A stretch of 64,000 nt of DNA from Owenia fusiformis. Taxonomy: Eukaryota. Below the pieces are notes generated by a model. That model had not been told where the DNA came from. It did not search any database and saw nothing but the letters and a program-made list of their open reading frames with translations. The translations under genes and the position numbers were made by a program. The number at the start of each line of letters is the position of its first letter. The first letter of the stretch is position 1. This document shows positions 27,901 through 42,777 of the stretch, piece after piece. Location: NCBI GenBank assembly GCA_903813345.2, contig CAIIXF020000001.1, forward strand, positions 29,636,001 to 29,700,000, read 5' to 3'.

Positions 27901-30360
27901 CCATCTGTTTGACCCTATTGTCTGTTGCCTTTCATCGAATTGCTTAATAATATACCTCTGACTTGGTGATCATTTTATCGTAATGAAATAGCCTCACTTG
28001 AAAACTTCAGTTTAGATAGCATTTGATTTGTCAACATGTGCTAGTCTGTATTTAAATTTAAATTAACTGAAGAAAAGTAATTATGAAGTTGTGGTTGAAA
28101 ATGATCAATTCAATATGGTACTTTCAACATATTAGGGTCATAATGTCTTGTGTCATATTGTTTTACATATTTTTTACATTTGTGCACATCTAAATAATCT
28201 ATCAGTCTGTCCTCTTGCATCCCTTGAGCTCTGTCATAGAAAATAGAAAAGCTTTAAAATAATAATCTGATGTTAAAGGGTCTTGTTTTCTGTATATGGA
28301 TGACCTGACGAATATGCGCATACAGGGCATTACATGTCTAAGCAACAATCTGGATAAAAAATTCCCAAACATTAAAGCACTGTAGGTTTTACCTTAAATT
28401 TATTCTCGATACCATCCCGGGGATACCATATTGGAATTCATAGAATTGATGGACATCTCAAAATTATACATACAAGTTTGATAATGATAGGAAAACCTTT
28501 TGGGAGAAACTGCCATCCTTCTTCAAAGGACTTCATTTATGCTCAAATTCATTGTAAAATACCCTTGCAGCATACCCTTTGCATTCGTTTGACTTCACTT
28601 CCTAAAAGAGAGCTTCGTGTAGTTTAACTAGACTCTGCACGCAGGGTACTTGCAGCAAGGATGGAAACTGCAGTCTTAATCGTTCTTTTGAATATGCACT
28701 GAGCATTTTCCACTCAAATTTTGACATTGAAAATATTGCATGATTCTATTTTGAAATTTAATGATTGTTATATAATGAGACATTCAAGTTGTTACAGGGA
28801 CATAAACTTGCATATTTAACCACACATTAAAATATCACTTTGAAAAATTGGTGTGCAGATCTGAAATGCCTATGAAAACATAATAATCTAGAATTAGGAT
28901 ATCAAAGCTATTTTGTTCCACCAAGTGAACACATTTCATAACCATAATAATAACTGAACAATAACTTTTCACAGCTATTCAATGGTACTGTTATTTTAAG
29001 GGCAGTGAATGGTGAATTCAGTGTTGAGGAAAATATATGAAGAGTCACAGTTATAAAGGATGAAGGTTAAGTAGTCACTTTGATGTCTGTTTGAAGATGC
29101 ATCAAGTGTCTTATGACAATTGTCTTTTTCATCTCAAAGATGGTTCATTGACCATGGAAATTGGACAAGCTTGAATTTTGCCATCAATTTGACCAGTGAA
29201 AAGAGCAATTGTATTGTTGTCATTTGACTATCCAGCCAGAAATATTCACATTTAAATAAGGAATGTGAAATCCATGAATATGTAATATGTTATATTTACA
29301 TAACCACCAATTTGGTTACAATTTATATTAACATATTTAGGATCATATTATTTAAAGTCAGAAAAAAGTATTGTTGAAATATTGCATCCATGATGTAACA
29401 TAGCTAGGTAGAAACATTTGAAAACACTTGTTTTACAGTTTTAATCCCATTGCGTTTCATCATTTTGTAACACCCATTTGTGATGTAGGAAGTAAGTAAT
29501 TGTTATTTACCTGGATATTTTAATCAGTAGGGTTTCTGTAAAACTTCAGGATTGACAGTTATCAATTTTATTTGAATTTTATTTAAATCTTAACACCTGT
29601 AGTGTCTGTATTATCTTTATCAGAATGCTTCTTCATACTTCATACAAATTCACATGCAAACATTAAACTTGTATTTTACTGTCTCTTCAAATATGTGTTT
29701 GGAATGCTAATGCTTTATTGTAAACGTTTGAATCTTTAACACATGGGAAGTAATTATAGTCTGTATGAGTGGGACAATTGGTCTCTGTGTAGCTTGTGGT
29801 TTTTGTTGGTCAGTCACACATGGGGGTCATCCAGTGCAGACATGTCAATCAAACCAGAAAAGAAAGGTCAGGGTTCAAGGGACTATTTTATCTCCAGTGA
29901 ACAAAATGATGAGCATTTTAAATTATTATCTATTCAATTGCACGGCTGTTCTATTGATGAGCCCATCCAGGGTTGACCTTGTATTACAAGCTACTGAACT
30001 ATAAAGAGCGTCACTGGTTTAAATTTGACTGATGTCTTTCTAATTAGCATTGTATCATCATTAGTGCAAGCAGCTTATTTTGTGTCCTCATTTGCAGGAC
30101 TTCATTGTTTAAAGGCTCTCAAGGGTACTGAGGTGTCAGAATGGAGATATATTAGTCTGGGAGTCACCAGCCAATTTATGGCCACAGGGTCTTGTTATAG
30201 CTACATGAGGGAGGAAGAACCAGTGCCAGAATATTGATTCTGTCGACCACTTTCTTGAATTTCCTGGATTGATTGAGGGGAGGGGCTAATAGATAGCTAT
30301 TCTGAATCCCAGACTGTATCATTAAAATTCTATAAAAAGTGTAGTAGATAGATAGATACC

Positions 30361-30538
30361 CAAACCTGTAGCCAGGGGGGGGGGGGGTTCGATGGGTTCG
30401 AGCAAACTCATGCAGTTTCTCACCATTCTGAGCACTTTGTGATTTTGGCCATTTTTGGATCAAAATTGAAACAAGTGAACCCCCCTGGAATTTTTCAAAA
30501 AGTGAACCCCCCCTTGGCAAATCCTGGCTACGGGCCTG
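30361..30538. mobile_element. Short CAG...CTG MITE with 5-bp TSD
   Basis: caaacctgtagccag / ctggctacgggcctg ends; ATACC on both flanks. Confidence 0.8.
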
Positions 30539-32425
30539 ATACCTGTCTTTTATTATCATTAAGTATTTTCCTGATTTTCAAATGGATGATTAATTTTAAT
30601 CTTGTAACACATTTATCTTAAAAAACTAATGTTCCAAATTGAATTGGAGTGTTTTGATCCATACTTCAGATCAAAAAAATTCAAAGTCAAAATATTGAGG
30701 TGTCACAGGATATACACACACCATAAGGGGTAGATTTATTATACCTGACCCTAAAGTATTATCATTGAGTTTTAGTCCATTTGGCATTATTTACAAACCC
30801 TCACCTATGACATGCACTTTTAAATTAATTTCAAGGTAAAACAAAGACAACAAAGACCTCTCTGTCCAGATGGGATATCACTTCACTTGACCTTAAACGT
30901 TTAACATGGCCATAATAACAACACTCTGGTCAGGATAACATGATAACAATGCCGCTAATTCATTGATGGCCATGACGATTGAGATATTTTAATGATAATC
31001 TATCTCAAGGCATGTTTAGGGGAAATGAACAGATTGTTCCTACTTTTGTTTACCAGTGCTCCAGGTTTACTCTGTGTTCAGCATTTGCATTTGTAAAGTG
31101 CAATTCTGAGTCTTAGGACACCAATACAAGCTGTTTCACCACGGAAGTACTTCATCAAGCACATGGCTTATCCAGTGTATGTCTATCCATCCTGTACCTG
31201 GTATTGTAAAACATGTTACTCATAATTAAACCATTTATCCATGCCTCGATTTGGACAGTTGGAAGAGGTTTAATAACATCTGGGAAGAATCATTATGATC
31301 TGTATTTTTTTGATATTATGAAATCCAGCACTGCATCTAACCTTGAGTCCTTCAAATATAAAAGATGTCACACCTCACAACATTACCAAGTATCTTCCCT
31401 TCCCTTCCTCTTTTTATCAAAACTACTATGCTAAATAAGGCTAATATTATATATAAATACGATATTATAGCATATGCAACTACTGTATGTTTTCTTTCTA
31501 CAATATTGTATTTGTACAACTTTTTATACAGAATAGAAAAAAAAAAGTATTGTATTTTTAGCATTCTGCAATCCAGTGTATTCCTGTATGGGTTCTATAT
31601 GATGGATTGAGATGCTTTTTAGGCCAGCTAACTTTGATATTAAGATTTTATTTTTATGTTTAATTTCAATTCTGTCAAAATTATAACATATTATATTCAT
31701 ATCAGTGGAGGAATGGTACAAGAGTTTGGAGATATATTAATTATTAGATTGGTTAGGATGGCATTTTCCATTGTTGAATCTCAATTATTAAATCCCCAAA
31801 AATCAAATATTATATAGATCTTGAATCCCAGTTGCAAACTTTAATTCACACATACCCAAAGATCCTCAAGACCCCTCCACACCTCCACACCCTGAGTGCA
31901 GATGTGTTGAGAAAATTAAAATGACTTAATTTCAAGAACATCAATAAATTAAATAATTTATTTGAAGTGACAAGGGACCCAGTGAAAATTATTTTAATTT
32001 ACAGGTGGTAAAATTAGAACTAATGTCTAAGTTATCTCTTTTGTCTAGAATTCTCCGAGCATATGTTGTTGAACTTAACAGAATGATTAATAATCATTAT
32101 CAATTCAATTAAAGGCTTGTTTACCGGCTGTATTGAATTTGGGTATATTTCCTATGGGGAGAGGTTTTTGACAATTTTGTCCATTCCTATTTTTTGGTCC
32201 TGTCTTGACCTATCAAGGTATTACATATGACTGAAGGAATACACTCATTGTTAAAAAGTATGTTTTGGTCTTTCCTCTTTAGAAATCATTATCTTTCTAT
32301 CAGATTACATGCTTGTTGCAAAACAAAAAGATGTGATAAGAAACAGAATGCTTTAACTACATGTATTGTATTTATGTCAGGTTAAATCTTATATTTTATC
32401 CATTTAGTAAGTAGCATGTTGCAAG

Positions 32426-32810
32426 AGGTTAATACTATGACTCGATTTAGTTCATTCAATAGGTTAATATTATGACTCGATTTAGTTCATTCAATAGGTT
32501 AATATTATGACTCGATTTAGTTCATTCAATAGGTTAATATTATGACTCGATTTAGTTCATTCAATAGGTTAATATTATGACTCGATTTAGTTCATTCAAT
32601 AGGTTAATATTATGACTCGATTTAGTTCATTCAATAGGTTAATACTATGACTCGATTTAGTTCATTCAATAGGTTAATACTATGACTCGATTTAGTTCAT
32701 TCAATAGGTTAATATTATGACTCGATTTAGTTCATTCAATAGGTTAATATTATGACTCGATTTAGTTCATTCAATAGGTTAATACTATGACTCGATTTAG
32801 TTCATTCAAT
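32426..32810. repeat. Minisatellite, 11 x 35 bp
   Basis: Unit aggttaata(c/t)tatgactcgatttagttcattcaat; 385 bp equals exactly 11 units; one variable position. Confidence 0.98.
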
Positions 32811-33263
32811 TTAGTGTCTGTTTCAACATATTTAAACTTAAATTATTGAAATAAAAAATCAAGACAAATGGGTAAAAAATACCATTTGTAAATGTTTATT
32901 TTACATGAAGAGTTTTAACTGGACTCTGAAAACATTCATGAAGTGGTCAAGATAACTGAGGAGCTGGTGAAATGGGTTTATCAGATAAGTAAAAAATATG
33001 TGACTCAGCAGGTGGTCATATCAAAAACAAATAGACAGATGAAGTTATTCTCACATAATTTACCTGTCTGTATCTAATCAATTTATTTCAACACATTTAA
33101 TATATATATGATAGGTATATGCCAGTTTTATATCCGTTGTCTGTTTATTCTTCTTATAATAATTTATTTTAGTTGTAGTTTAGTTTTAAATGGTCAGTAG
33201 GGGCTAAATGCAGTATTGATATTGCTGTAAATGTAAAAGAAGGTAAAGGAGGAGGTTGCTAAG

Positions 33264-33408
33264 CAGGCCTATGTAGCAAGAGGAGTTCAGGTGGGAGGTG
33301 GGGGTCCAAAAATGCATTCAGAATTGTGCATTTTCCCACTTTTCAAATGATTTTGGGTCAAAGTTGTCAAAAGTAAACCCCCCTTGGCAAAAGCTGGCTA
33401 TGGGCTTG
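33264..33408. mobile_element. Decayed CAG...CTG MITE
   Basis: caggcctatgtagc start; cccccttggcaaaagctggctatgggcttg end matches the end of the 30361-30538 copy; TSD not clean. Confidence 0.6.
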
Positions 33409-36079
33409 CTGGGCCTGTTGCACCATAGGTTGTGCCAATAAAAATTGATACATGTAAAGAATTATTAAGTCTTTCATTAGCATATTTCCCATACCAACCT
33501 ATTTTCCCAGTTATGATACAGAATAGAGGGCAATTTCAAACATGTTTAGAAAAGAGGCTGTGTGTTATGAAAGGGTATCAAATGGACCAAAATAATGTGT
33601 TTAGGCATGCTAAAAGTTACATTTTCTCATTAAATGATAATTGCATGGTTAACAGTTTAAATTATGGGGCTGTGTGTCAGTTTTGTAAAACAATGATTTT
33701 ATCATGTGTCACATTTATGCAACATTTTAGCATGCTTTAGAAGGGTTTAATACAAAGTGTACAATTTTAAGTTATTTTTATCTTATTTTAATCATTATCT
33801 TAAGGCTTGTTTTTTAAGATAACATCAATGAGAAAATTGAATTTTTTCTGAAACTGAACAGAAACACTCAACAAAAATTAAAGATCTTGATGTATTTCCC
33901 CAGTTATAAATAATTTCAATTTTCGAAAAATATGCATGATAAGGAAGGATGTGAGTGAAGTAGAAAATACCCTTAAGGAATAACAAAGGAGTAGATGTTG
34001 TCCAGATTGATTGACATATTTGTACTTAAAAATGCATGTATTAACACTTGCATTGTAATTTTTGCACTCCTTACACACCTAAACTGATCAAATCGTGTTA
34101 AAGTGGCATTAAAAATAGCCCTTACTGTACAATTTCTATTTAATGCAACATCTTATTTTTCAAGTGCTAATAAGAGGTTCTTAAGAATGTTTTGTGGAAT
34201 ACATCATCTAGACAGCTTGATAATACAGTTATTACAAGTGTGTTTCAAAGGGATATCAAAACATAAATAATAGACCACTGTGCAAACTATCATGCACATT
34301 CAAACTAAATAAAGTTTGAATAAAAAACAGATAAATTCTAGCCATACCTTAGGTGCTTACGGCATGCGAACAGCACCTTTAACCCAACTTGGGTGAGAGG
34401 TTTAAAATTATTGCTTATTTATGTGGTAATAAATCAGGGGTTAAATACATTATTTGTAAGTGTCTTAATAAAATAAGGATCATGAAATAGAACATGGTAC
34501 CATTTCTTAGAACTCAGTTGAGTCCTTCGCTTTGATGAGTCGACGACTGTGCACTGTGTAACATTACTGCACTAAAGAAATCTTGAATGCTTACATATTT
34601 CTATTCAGTCAGTGATATGTGACAGCAATAAGAATATGGTTTATCAAACTGTCAAAGTTATGTAAGTTCAATATTAGTTATTGCCTAACTAGACATATCT
34701 TTGTGTTATCTCTTTACAATTAATTCATAATTTGTATCATAAAGAATGATGATTTTGCAATCAAATAATCCTTGCTGTCCCATGACCCTGAACATTGTAA
34801 ATTCCTTGAATATTTAGGTGTGGAATCATATAAAAGTCTAGCTATTAAAGGTTAGCCATTCGTCTCCTTTCGGGGTGAAGTCACAATTTATTTATCATTT
34901 GGGTTTGTTCAAATGTAAGTTTGTCATTCATAATTTGAATGTCAAAAAATGACATTAATTTATTTTTTGAACCTGCATCCTTAGACTACCTGTTTTAGGA
35001 GTGAATCTAATGTGTTAATGTAACATAAATGTGTATTTAAATGATGTCATCTCAGCTTGATCCATATCAATTATTTTTCTGTTCACCTATGAGTTGTTAC
35101 AGCTCTCACACTGCAATAACTATTCATATTCAATGCCTATCAAATCATAAGTGTTCTTACTGTTTTGTGTCATAACTTGAGTAGTTTCAAACTGTGTGTA
35201 TGAAAACATATTGCATTGATTGAAACTGATTGGTTTGCTCATGTTGCACATTGTGATCACCCCACATCTTCTCTACATGTCTATGTTACATGTTATGACA
35301 CACAGACATGTTAGTTCATTTTATTTGAGATTATGTTTGATTACCCACACCCCCACAGCATGGTTAACAGTAAAGCTATTACGATTTAGATTGAATGGAT
35401 TGTCTCATATTGTAAAGCTACTTGAAAGGCTTAAAATAACACTGTGATTGATGGGAACTTTTAAGAAATGTTCCTTTTACTGTTAAATGATCATAGTTCA
35501 TGACCCATTATATCATTTTCATCATGTTAAAGCACAATTGGTTTTAGATCATTAATGTTTCGGTCTACCACCCCTGATGACAGAAACTCCCACTTATTGG
35601 TCTTTTGAAGGACATTTGCTCAGCTATTTATTACACAACCACTTTCAATATTTTACCCATTATTCAGAAAATAATTGTACACATTAGAACCGTTAGGTTG
35701 AGACAGTTTGTTGTGGCTGTTACATATTAATGGCCATTCCATGACCTATGTTAGTTTTATTAAGTCTTTAATACTGCTTTATTGAGGTGATTGTTAAGTG
35801 TTAATTTTCTATTTCCTAACTGGACATCAAATCTACTAGTCTTCCTGTCTCCCATCATTCTTGTCATGTCTTTGTTCCCAATTTGTTTGATTGAAATGAA
35901 TTATAAAGATGTTCTCTGCAATATATATTTTAGATGAGGTAATAGGGGTTATTTCAGACATATATCTCACCTAAGTGCAAGTATCATCTCACTGATACAG
36001 TTTTTTTTATATATAACTTCTGAATTCTAACTTTTGACATGAAATTATTTACTGAAACTCAGGGGATATATTGTGGTAA

Positions 36080-36840
36080 GGTTAAGCTTACATTTTACCT
36101 AACCACAACATATTAGGTTTCATGCTAATTTTTAGCATACCTTGAACATAACTATCCCATTAACCCCATTCTTTCAGATATCTTTTTTCTTGGTGACACC
36201 AGCTTGGGAGTGCTATATCTTTTTAAACCACATATATTCTTTAAATTATAAATAAAATGATCAGCTAAAATTGATTCGAATTATAAAAGGCCATATAACT
36301 GATCCTTGTGGAATGCTTTATTATTACATTATTAACTTCTGTAGATATATAGCTTATTTGTAGCACTTAGGTATTATATTACAAATGATATAAAGATGTA
36401 GGTTAAGTGTAGGTATGAACTCCAGATCCCTGTCCATCTTTCTTAAATACACAGACTGTAACTGACATATTCTGACATAGTCAAAGGCCCTTTTCAGGTC
36501 AAGGAAACCTCATTTACATTTATGAGAAGTTTTGTGGTTTGTTTGATGACAAGGGAACATTTCAACGTTATAATTGCTATGTCTTTTTACTTGACTTCTT
36601 AGAATCAGTTTTACACTATACAGAACAATGCTGTATTCAGTAATAGTTTTAAAGGAAGAAAAATTACATTCATAAATTTCTTGTAGATGCATACAAAAAT
36701 AGGAATAAAATAGATATGTTTTCTCAGTGCAAATTCTATATTGTTTTGAGACCAGTTCTTGTGGTTTGTAGCATTCCAATGATGTAGACAATACTCCTTT
36801 ACAGGTGTCAACCGCATAATATAAAAAAAAGATAATCAAC
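36080..36840 (-). pseudogene. Decayed CR1/L2-type LINE reverse transcriptase
   Basis: Minus strand GFLDLKRAFDYV (36474-36509, cf. FLDLSKAFD) followed by IPQGSVIWP (~36288-36314, cf. GVPQGSVLGP); boundaries approximate. Confidence 0.75.
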
Positions 36841-39800
36841 CCCGTGAGAAATGATTCTTCTACAAGGAACTGTGAAACTTTTAATAGGATAATTGTTTCC
36901 TCAGTGGTTCAACATACTGAGACACTTGATGAACTCCCCACTTTTGTTGTTGTTATTGTACATCAATCTGCAAATCTGTGCTGGAAACAAATTTGATGAA
37001 GTGTTTTGTAAATAGTTTTCTTTTCTCTATATATATCTTGGTATGTACCCATTGACCCTATATCAGGCATATCCATGAAGATATTTCTGGTTTTTAAAGT
37101 GTATTATGGTTCAATGTTAGTTGTTCTTTTCATTATGTTTAAAGGTGCAGCCCTAGACTATGAATAAAAAATCAAAACCAGACGCTTCAGTTTATCTTTC
37201 TCAAAAGGATAACTGATGAGGAAAGAAAACATCATTATCACTGAAGTCATAAACTGTGGCAATAAAAAGCAGTAAAGTATTGGTCAAGAGGTCTAAAAGC
37301 AATTAGTGGAGGATGTGATGACCTTATTACAACCACTTATTGAATCGTTGTTTGTTTACACTACATTCTAATTGAGGATAGAGATAGTGGGAAAGTGAAA
37401 GTTATTCTACTCCTCAACAGATTCCAGACAATGGGCTGAGACATCCAGTAAAACCCGTGTTTGTCAACCAACACCTTAAATACCATCCTTCTCCGGTTAT
37501 TTTGGCTCTTTTGTTATCAGAACTTTTTTGCTTCATCTTTACAATCTGATTTTAAAATTTAAAATGAACACTTCTCAAAATATCACTTTTAAATCATTGT
37601 TTAATGAGATTAAATTTAAAATTGTATTTGATGATTTATAAGAATTTTTTATTCTTCTGAAATCTACTTTAAATTTTGATTTTCTCACAGTTAATTCTTT
37701 AGAAAAAGCCTGATCGCTAAGCATCAACAGTTAAAATCTTGTTTCCCCATTTCATTTAAAATATTTATATTTTATTAAGTGATGGCCAACTACGATGAAA
37801 CAGCCAAATATGATAATTGGAATACTGATCAAAGCCTAAGAAAGTTAACATAATACATGAAAAAACAAAACAACACTAACCCCAAGAAACCATATGAACC
37901 ATATTTAACCAATGACACACATCAGCTGTGTCTTGCTTTAGAAACAAGATAATACCAGTTATAAATGGAAAAGCCAAACAACCTGTGATAGTCCATATTT
38001 ATATCAGTTAACAGAGCAAACCACAAGAGATACAAACATCTATGTACTAAGGTAAGCAAATTAATTATATCGCATTAGTTTTGATGGATACAATTAATAC
38101 CAACAATTCATTTTGTCCAATCTCAATTTGATTTGTCTTTAAAGTTAGCCTAGGTAAAGGCATAAATAGGTACCATTTTGATGACATGCTGTTTATTGTT
38201 TTTAATTAATTGAATGTTTCAGAAAGGCACCAAACAACTCTCAAGACATGACCACTGCCCAAATTCATTGAGATGCCACCTATCAAGATGCAGTGGAACT
38301 AATTCTTACAAGATAAGATGGATGACTGTCTCCCATCACTCAATGCTAATGACCCGACAGCATGTTTTAATTGGTCTGTTAAAGAATGCTATAAAGACAT
38401 CACACTTCATTAAGGTGGACATGACCATGATGACTGCCAACAGCCAATAAAGGGACCATCTAAAATTCAAGTCTGCAGAATCAGTTCATGTATAGCATTT
38501 TTGCTTGGGTCTTGTGTAATGATGAGAAGACCCCTTATTACTATCACGTGAGGGTAGCCATTATCATCTCCTTGATATCTTTAGTGGATGTCATCCTTCA
38601 CTGGGTGTATGGGAATAAGACCCTAGATTGTTAGATTGTGGGAAATACAACCATATTACAGAATCCTATTATCATGTTAAAAGCATTTGAAATTGCAAAA
38701 CATTATTAAACTTCTTTAGACTATTTCAGCAAGAAATACTATTTCTTTAAAAAATTAGTAAAAACCATATCAATATACTGACATATATTCTGCATTTGTA
38801 TTTGTTCTTGTCACAATTTTAAAGGCACCCCTGTACCATTTCAGTTAAAACTTTACACTAAGAAATCCCAGGAATGAGTGCAAGATTCAAAATGAGGTGG
38901 TCCCTGAAATATGATCAGATCATACCAGTGACCTTGCTTTCAAGGAGATTTCATATCTAAAATACTGTATACAACTTCATCCTGTAAACAGTTGAAGCCA
39001 AATTAACAACATTCCCAAGTTTCCACTAACTGGTATGATGAGTATTTTATCAGTCAGGTTTATACCATTTTAACTGCCCCTATTTTCATTTACAATCTTG
39101 ACACTACCTAATCACAGTCACAACATTCCAATAAGCCCAAGAAGTCTAATCAAACAGCAATATTCTCACACATATACTCTTCACACACACTGTGTTAGGT
39201 TTACCTCTTCACAGTACTCTATTAGAGGTATTTACAGTATCATTAATGCCTAATTCAATTGATTCTGGATCATTAGATTGTTTATAATATTATAAACACT
39301 TAACTTTGCTATTATTTCACCTATTGCTCCTATTTAAGTTCTTATACCTTCATTATCAGATTATATCACATTTGTACTAGGATTACAATTTGTGGATAAT
39401 TCCAAGCATTTGGTGCAGTTTGTTTCAGATAGTTCTTTTTAATGTTCTGTTTGATATATATATTTATTTTTTGATTTTTGATCTGATATGGTCCAAGTGG
39501 TGGCAGGTATAATGTTGTTTCTTGATCAGTTTACTGCATTCTGATACACATCACATCTTTCTGTTTCACTAGCAACATGAGCTTAGAAGAAATGAAATAA
39601 CATGTTTTATTAAGATGGGTTGACACTGAGGTGATTCCTAGATCCCAAAACCACATCCCTCTCCTTCCCCAGAGATAAAAATCATCAAAGACAATACAAC
39701 TAAAGAATCAGGAGAAAGTTCAAATGATGCTACCCATGTAGTCACCCTCATCAAGAGAGTCATAGCATCAAAGACATGTTGATACACATGATAAGATGTT

Positions 39801-42636
39801 ATCTGCATGTAAAATCAATGGAGACATTGATAGTGACAGAAGAGTGACATGAGACTCTTGGTGACATCTGAATTGTGAAGATCTCACTGAGAAAGGCATT
39901 CATAATGTGTCAATATACAGTGGCTGCTATGAATCTGATATCAGTAATTCTGTGATTGCTCATGCTTGACTGGACTTGATGGAATGTATCCTGTTTCCAC
40001 AGTTGTGTTGTGATTTTCCCTGTTGATTGAAGTACATCTTGACAGTGACCACAGAGGGATGCTCGATCATCATTATCATCAACTTTACCATACTTTTCAA
40101 ATATGTATTCCCCTTTTAAATAATAATGATAAACTTTAAGAAGCTGCATTTAGGACCAAAGCAGTTTATCTATAAGTGCATTTTTATGAACCCTCTGTGA
40201 CATGATACATTTCTGAGGTTCTTTGTTGAGAACAGATATTTTTGGAGTTTGGTATAAAGGATTTGTGGTATTATGCTTCCACCTGTATGTGTTCTACATG
40301 GTGTGTTGACCACAATTTCCTATGGGAGTTTGGAAAGCTGATGCACTTGTCTGAGTAACAGCAAATTGACACCTTTACTTACCTAACCTTACACCAACAT
40401 AAACAAGAAAATATGAATGAGTCTCATGTGGATATTTTAAATTAGGTTTTAATTAGTGTTGTCTAATTAACAAGGCCATGGAAGCCCCAGACCAAGAGAT
40501 AATAGATTTAAAAGTAGTCATCATTTCTTGGCTGCTGTAGGTGATGAATGGAAAATGTCAAATTATTGGGTCATCAAACATTATTCTGCATATGGAGTCT
40601 CCATATATGGGTTCTAGTATTGGCCAAGGGGCTTTACTGTGTCTATTAGGAAGATTCAAATTCATCATCACATAGTTGTTATCTAAGTGACTGTTACTAC
40701 AGGATGGGGTGATTTGTTTTGAATTCCCAAATGTAATTCAACCCTGGGAAGCTGGTGATTATATTTGAATTGTAGAAATACTTGTTTTATGTTTCTTAAC
40801 GGTTTAGCAGTTGACTTAACAAATTCAGTAAGATTCAGATTTTTTCTGAATGAAATTATCTCTAACTTTTTTTAACCAATCAGCAACTCTGAGGATTCTT
40901 AACTTTTTATTCAACACTAAATGATATTTTTACCGTCTAACTAAATATTACATGTGTAGAACATGTATAGTCTATTCTATGGCAGTGACATCATTTTAAT
41001 TGAATATATAGTGGTATTCATTTAAAATGACATCATATCACATAATTCCCAGGAATTTAGTATTTGACCATTCGGGTTGTCGAGAATACGCCCTCAGAAA
41101 TATATACCTGTATCTTACATAATTCAATATTAGTATAATATCACTCAATAAGGGTTACCAAAGTTGTCCTACCTTAATGTTCCATAAAGAATAATATCAT
41201 TGTTTGTTTTATCAGAAAAGGGGTAGTATAAATAAAAAGATAACAAAGGCCTAATAAACCATAAACAAAAATATAGACACATATTTTAACTTTGCTATCT
41301 AATGTGTTAATAACGATGTGACTTGCTGAAATGACATGACCTGGTTCACATGGCAATGATATTATCATCCAATCAGGTGTCATACTAATTCTAGCAAGAA
41401 TATGTTTAGCACAGATGTAAAAAGACATCCTATATGGGGCTTATACAACATGGTTGGTCCAGCTAAGTCCGTGCTGTGTGTACAAACAAACAACCACATG
41501 TATCTGACCTTCCTGATGACCTATAGGCAAAAGTTTGTCGTTCCTCAGCATGCTTTGGGATTATCAGTGGGATAAGGAGTTTTATAGGAATTAACTTTTG
41601 TTCTACTTAGTAATTACATGGGCTTTCAACTCTTGAATGCCGTGGTAATTATCATCTCAGGAATTATTCAGCAAATTTATCTCACCTGTTTATTTGTAGC
41701 ATCAACTGCAGCAACAACTTTGTTGAGTATTTGATCAAGCCAACTAATGGTTGTCAAATATATTGGTCAGTTAGTCCAAGCAGTGGTGAACCGCTATATT
41801 ATTTATATAGGGTCAATTGTAGGTGTATTAAACCAGAATTCAGTTGCATCCTTTCCTAAATCAACTTGTAAAACCACATTGGTAAACCAACCCCATTTGG
41901 CCTTTGAATGATACTCTTAATGGTGGTCTTTATTTTTGTTACATGTTACAGATAATATGTTATATGTAATATTTTGGAAGAAATTAAAATTCAACAGAAA
42001 ACATAACTCAGATCATGTAATCAGAAAGGGCAATGATGGAAACAAATGCATGATCATAAACACAAATGAAGCTGACAATCAATACTATTTTCAAGAGAAC
42101 GAAATAGATGTTGAAATAGGCTAATCTCACATCCATCATTCAAATGCAGGGCTCTAGACATCATCCATTCCTTCCTTCTTCCTTGGAAGAATGAGGTATG
42201 AGTCCTGGAGGCCTGTGTTCGGAGGATGCACATCCATAGACGTTGAGGACCAGTCAATGCATACTTCAAGATCAGATTTTGCTGCTACCACTTGGAAAGA
42301 GGTAAAACACCCTTGGTGGAAAGATGATGCGGAGGGATCTCTTGGAATCTGGACCCCACATTTGTCTGAGAAGATGGGAGCAACACTTGATTTAATTGTT
42401 TATTTTGTAAAATGGCCCAGTAATTTGTAGCTATAGATTAGGTGTGCAATATAAAAGTTGCTTGGACAACTGCAACTTGTTCCATCCCTGTCATCACTGA
42501 CATAACAGTTGACATTGATCTGAGACCTGATAGCGGTGTTATAAGAGTCTATCACAATGTTGTCTTATCTTCCCTACCTTTCACAATCTCCTCCCACAAA
42601 AGATATGCCAGCTTATATGGTTTTGTGATTATACAT

Positions 42637-42777
42637 GAGGAAGGATGAATCTATGGAAAGTGCTCAGATTGGTGAAAATCTGCATTATTTTGAAAGAATT
42701 TTTAGCCAAGGGGGTATTTGCTCCAATCCCCCGAACCCCGCCCCCGCTCACTCTCCTGGCTCCTGGCCACAGGCCTG
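42637..42777. mobile_element. Truncated MITE related to 30361-30538 (opposite orientation)
   Basis: aaagtgctcagattggtgaaaatctgca matches the reverse complement of ~30410-30438; ends ctggccacaggcctg; TACAT on both flanks. Confidence 0.6.

Noticed and set aside
32426-32810. CRISPR-like array of 35-bp repeats
   Set aside because: Units are directly adjacent with no unique spacers, no cas genes, eukaryotic context.
41505-41550. Hammerhead-like ctgatgacctataggcaaaagtttgtc
   Set aside because: Lacks the conserved G-C stem II closure and GAAA, and stem I does not pair; at best a dead relic. The same applies to ctgatgacagaaac near 35574.
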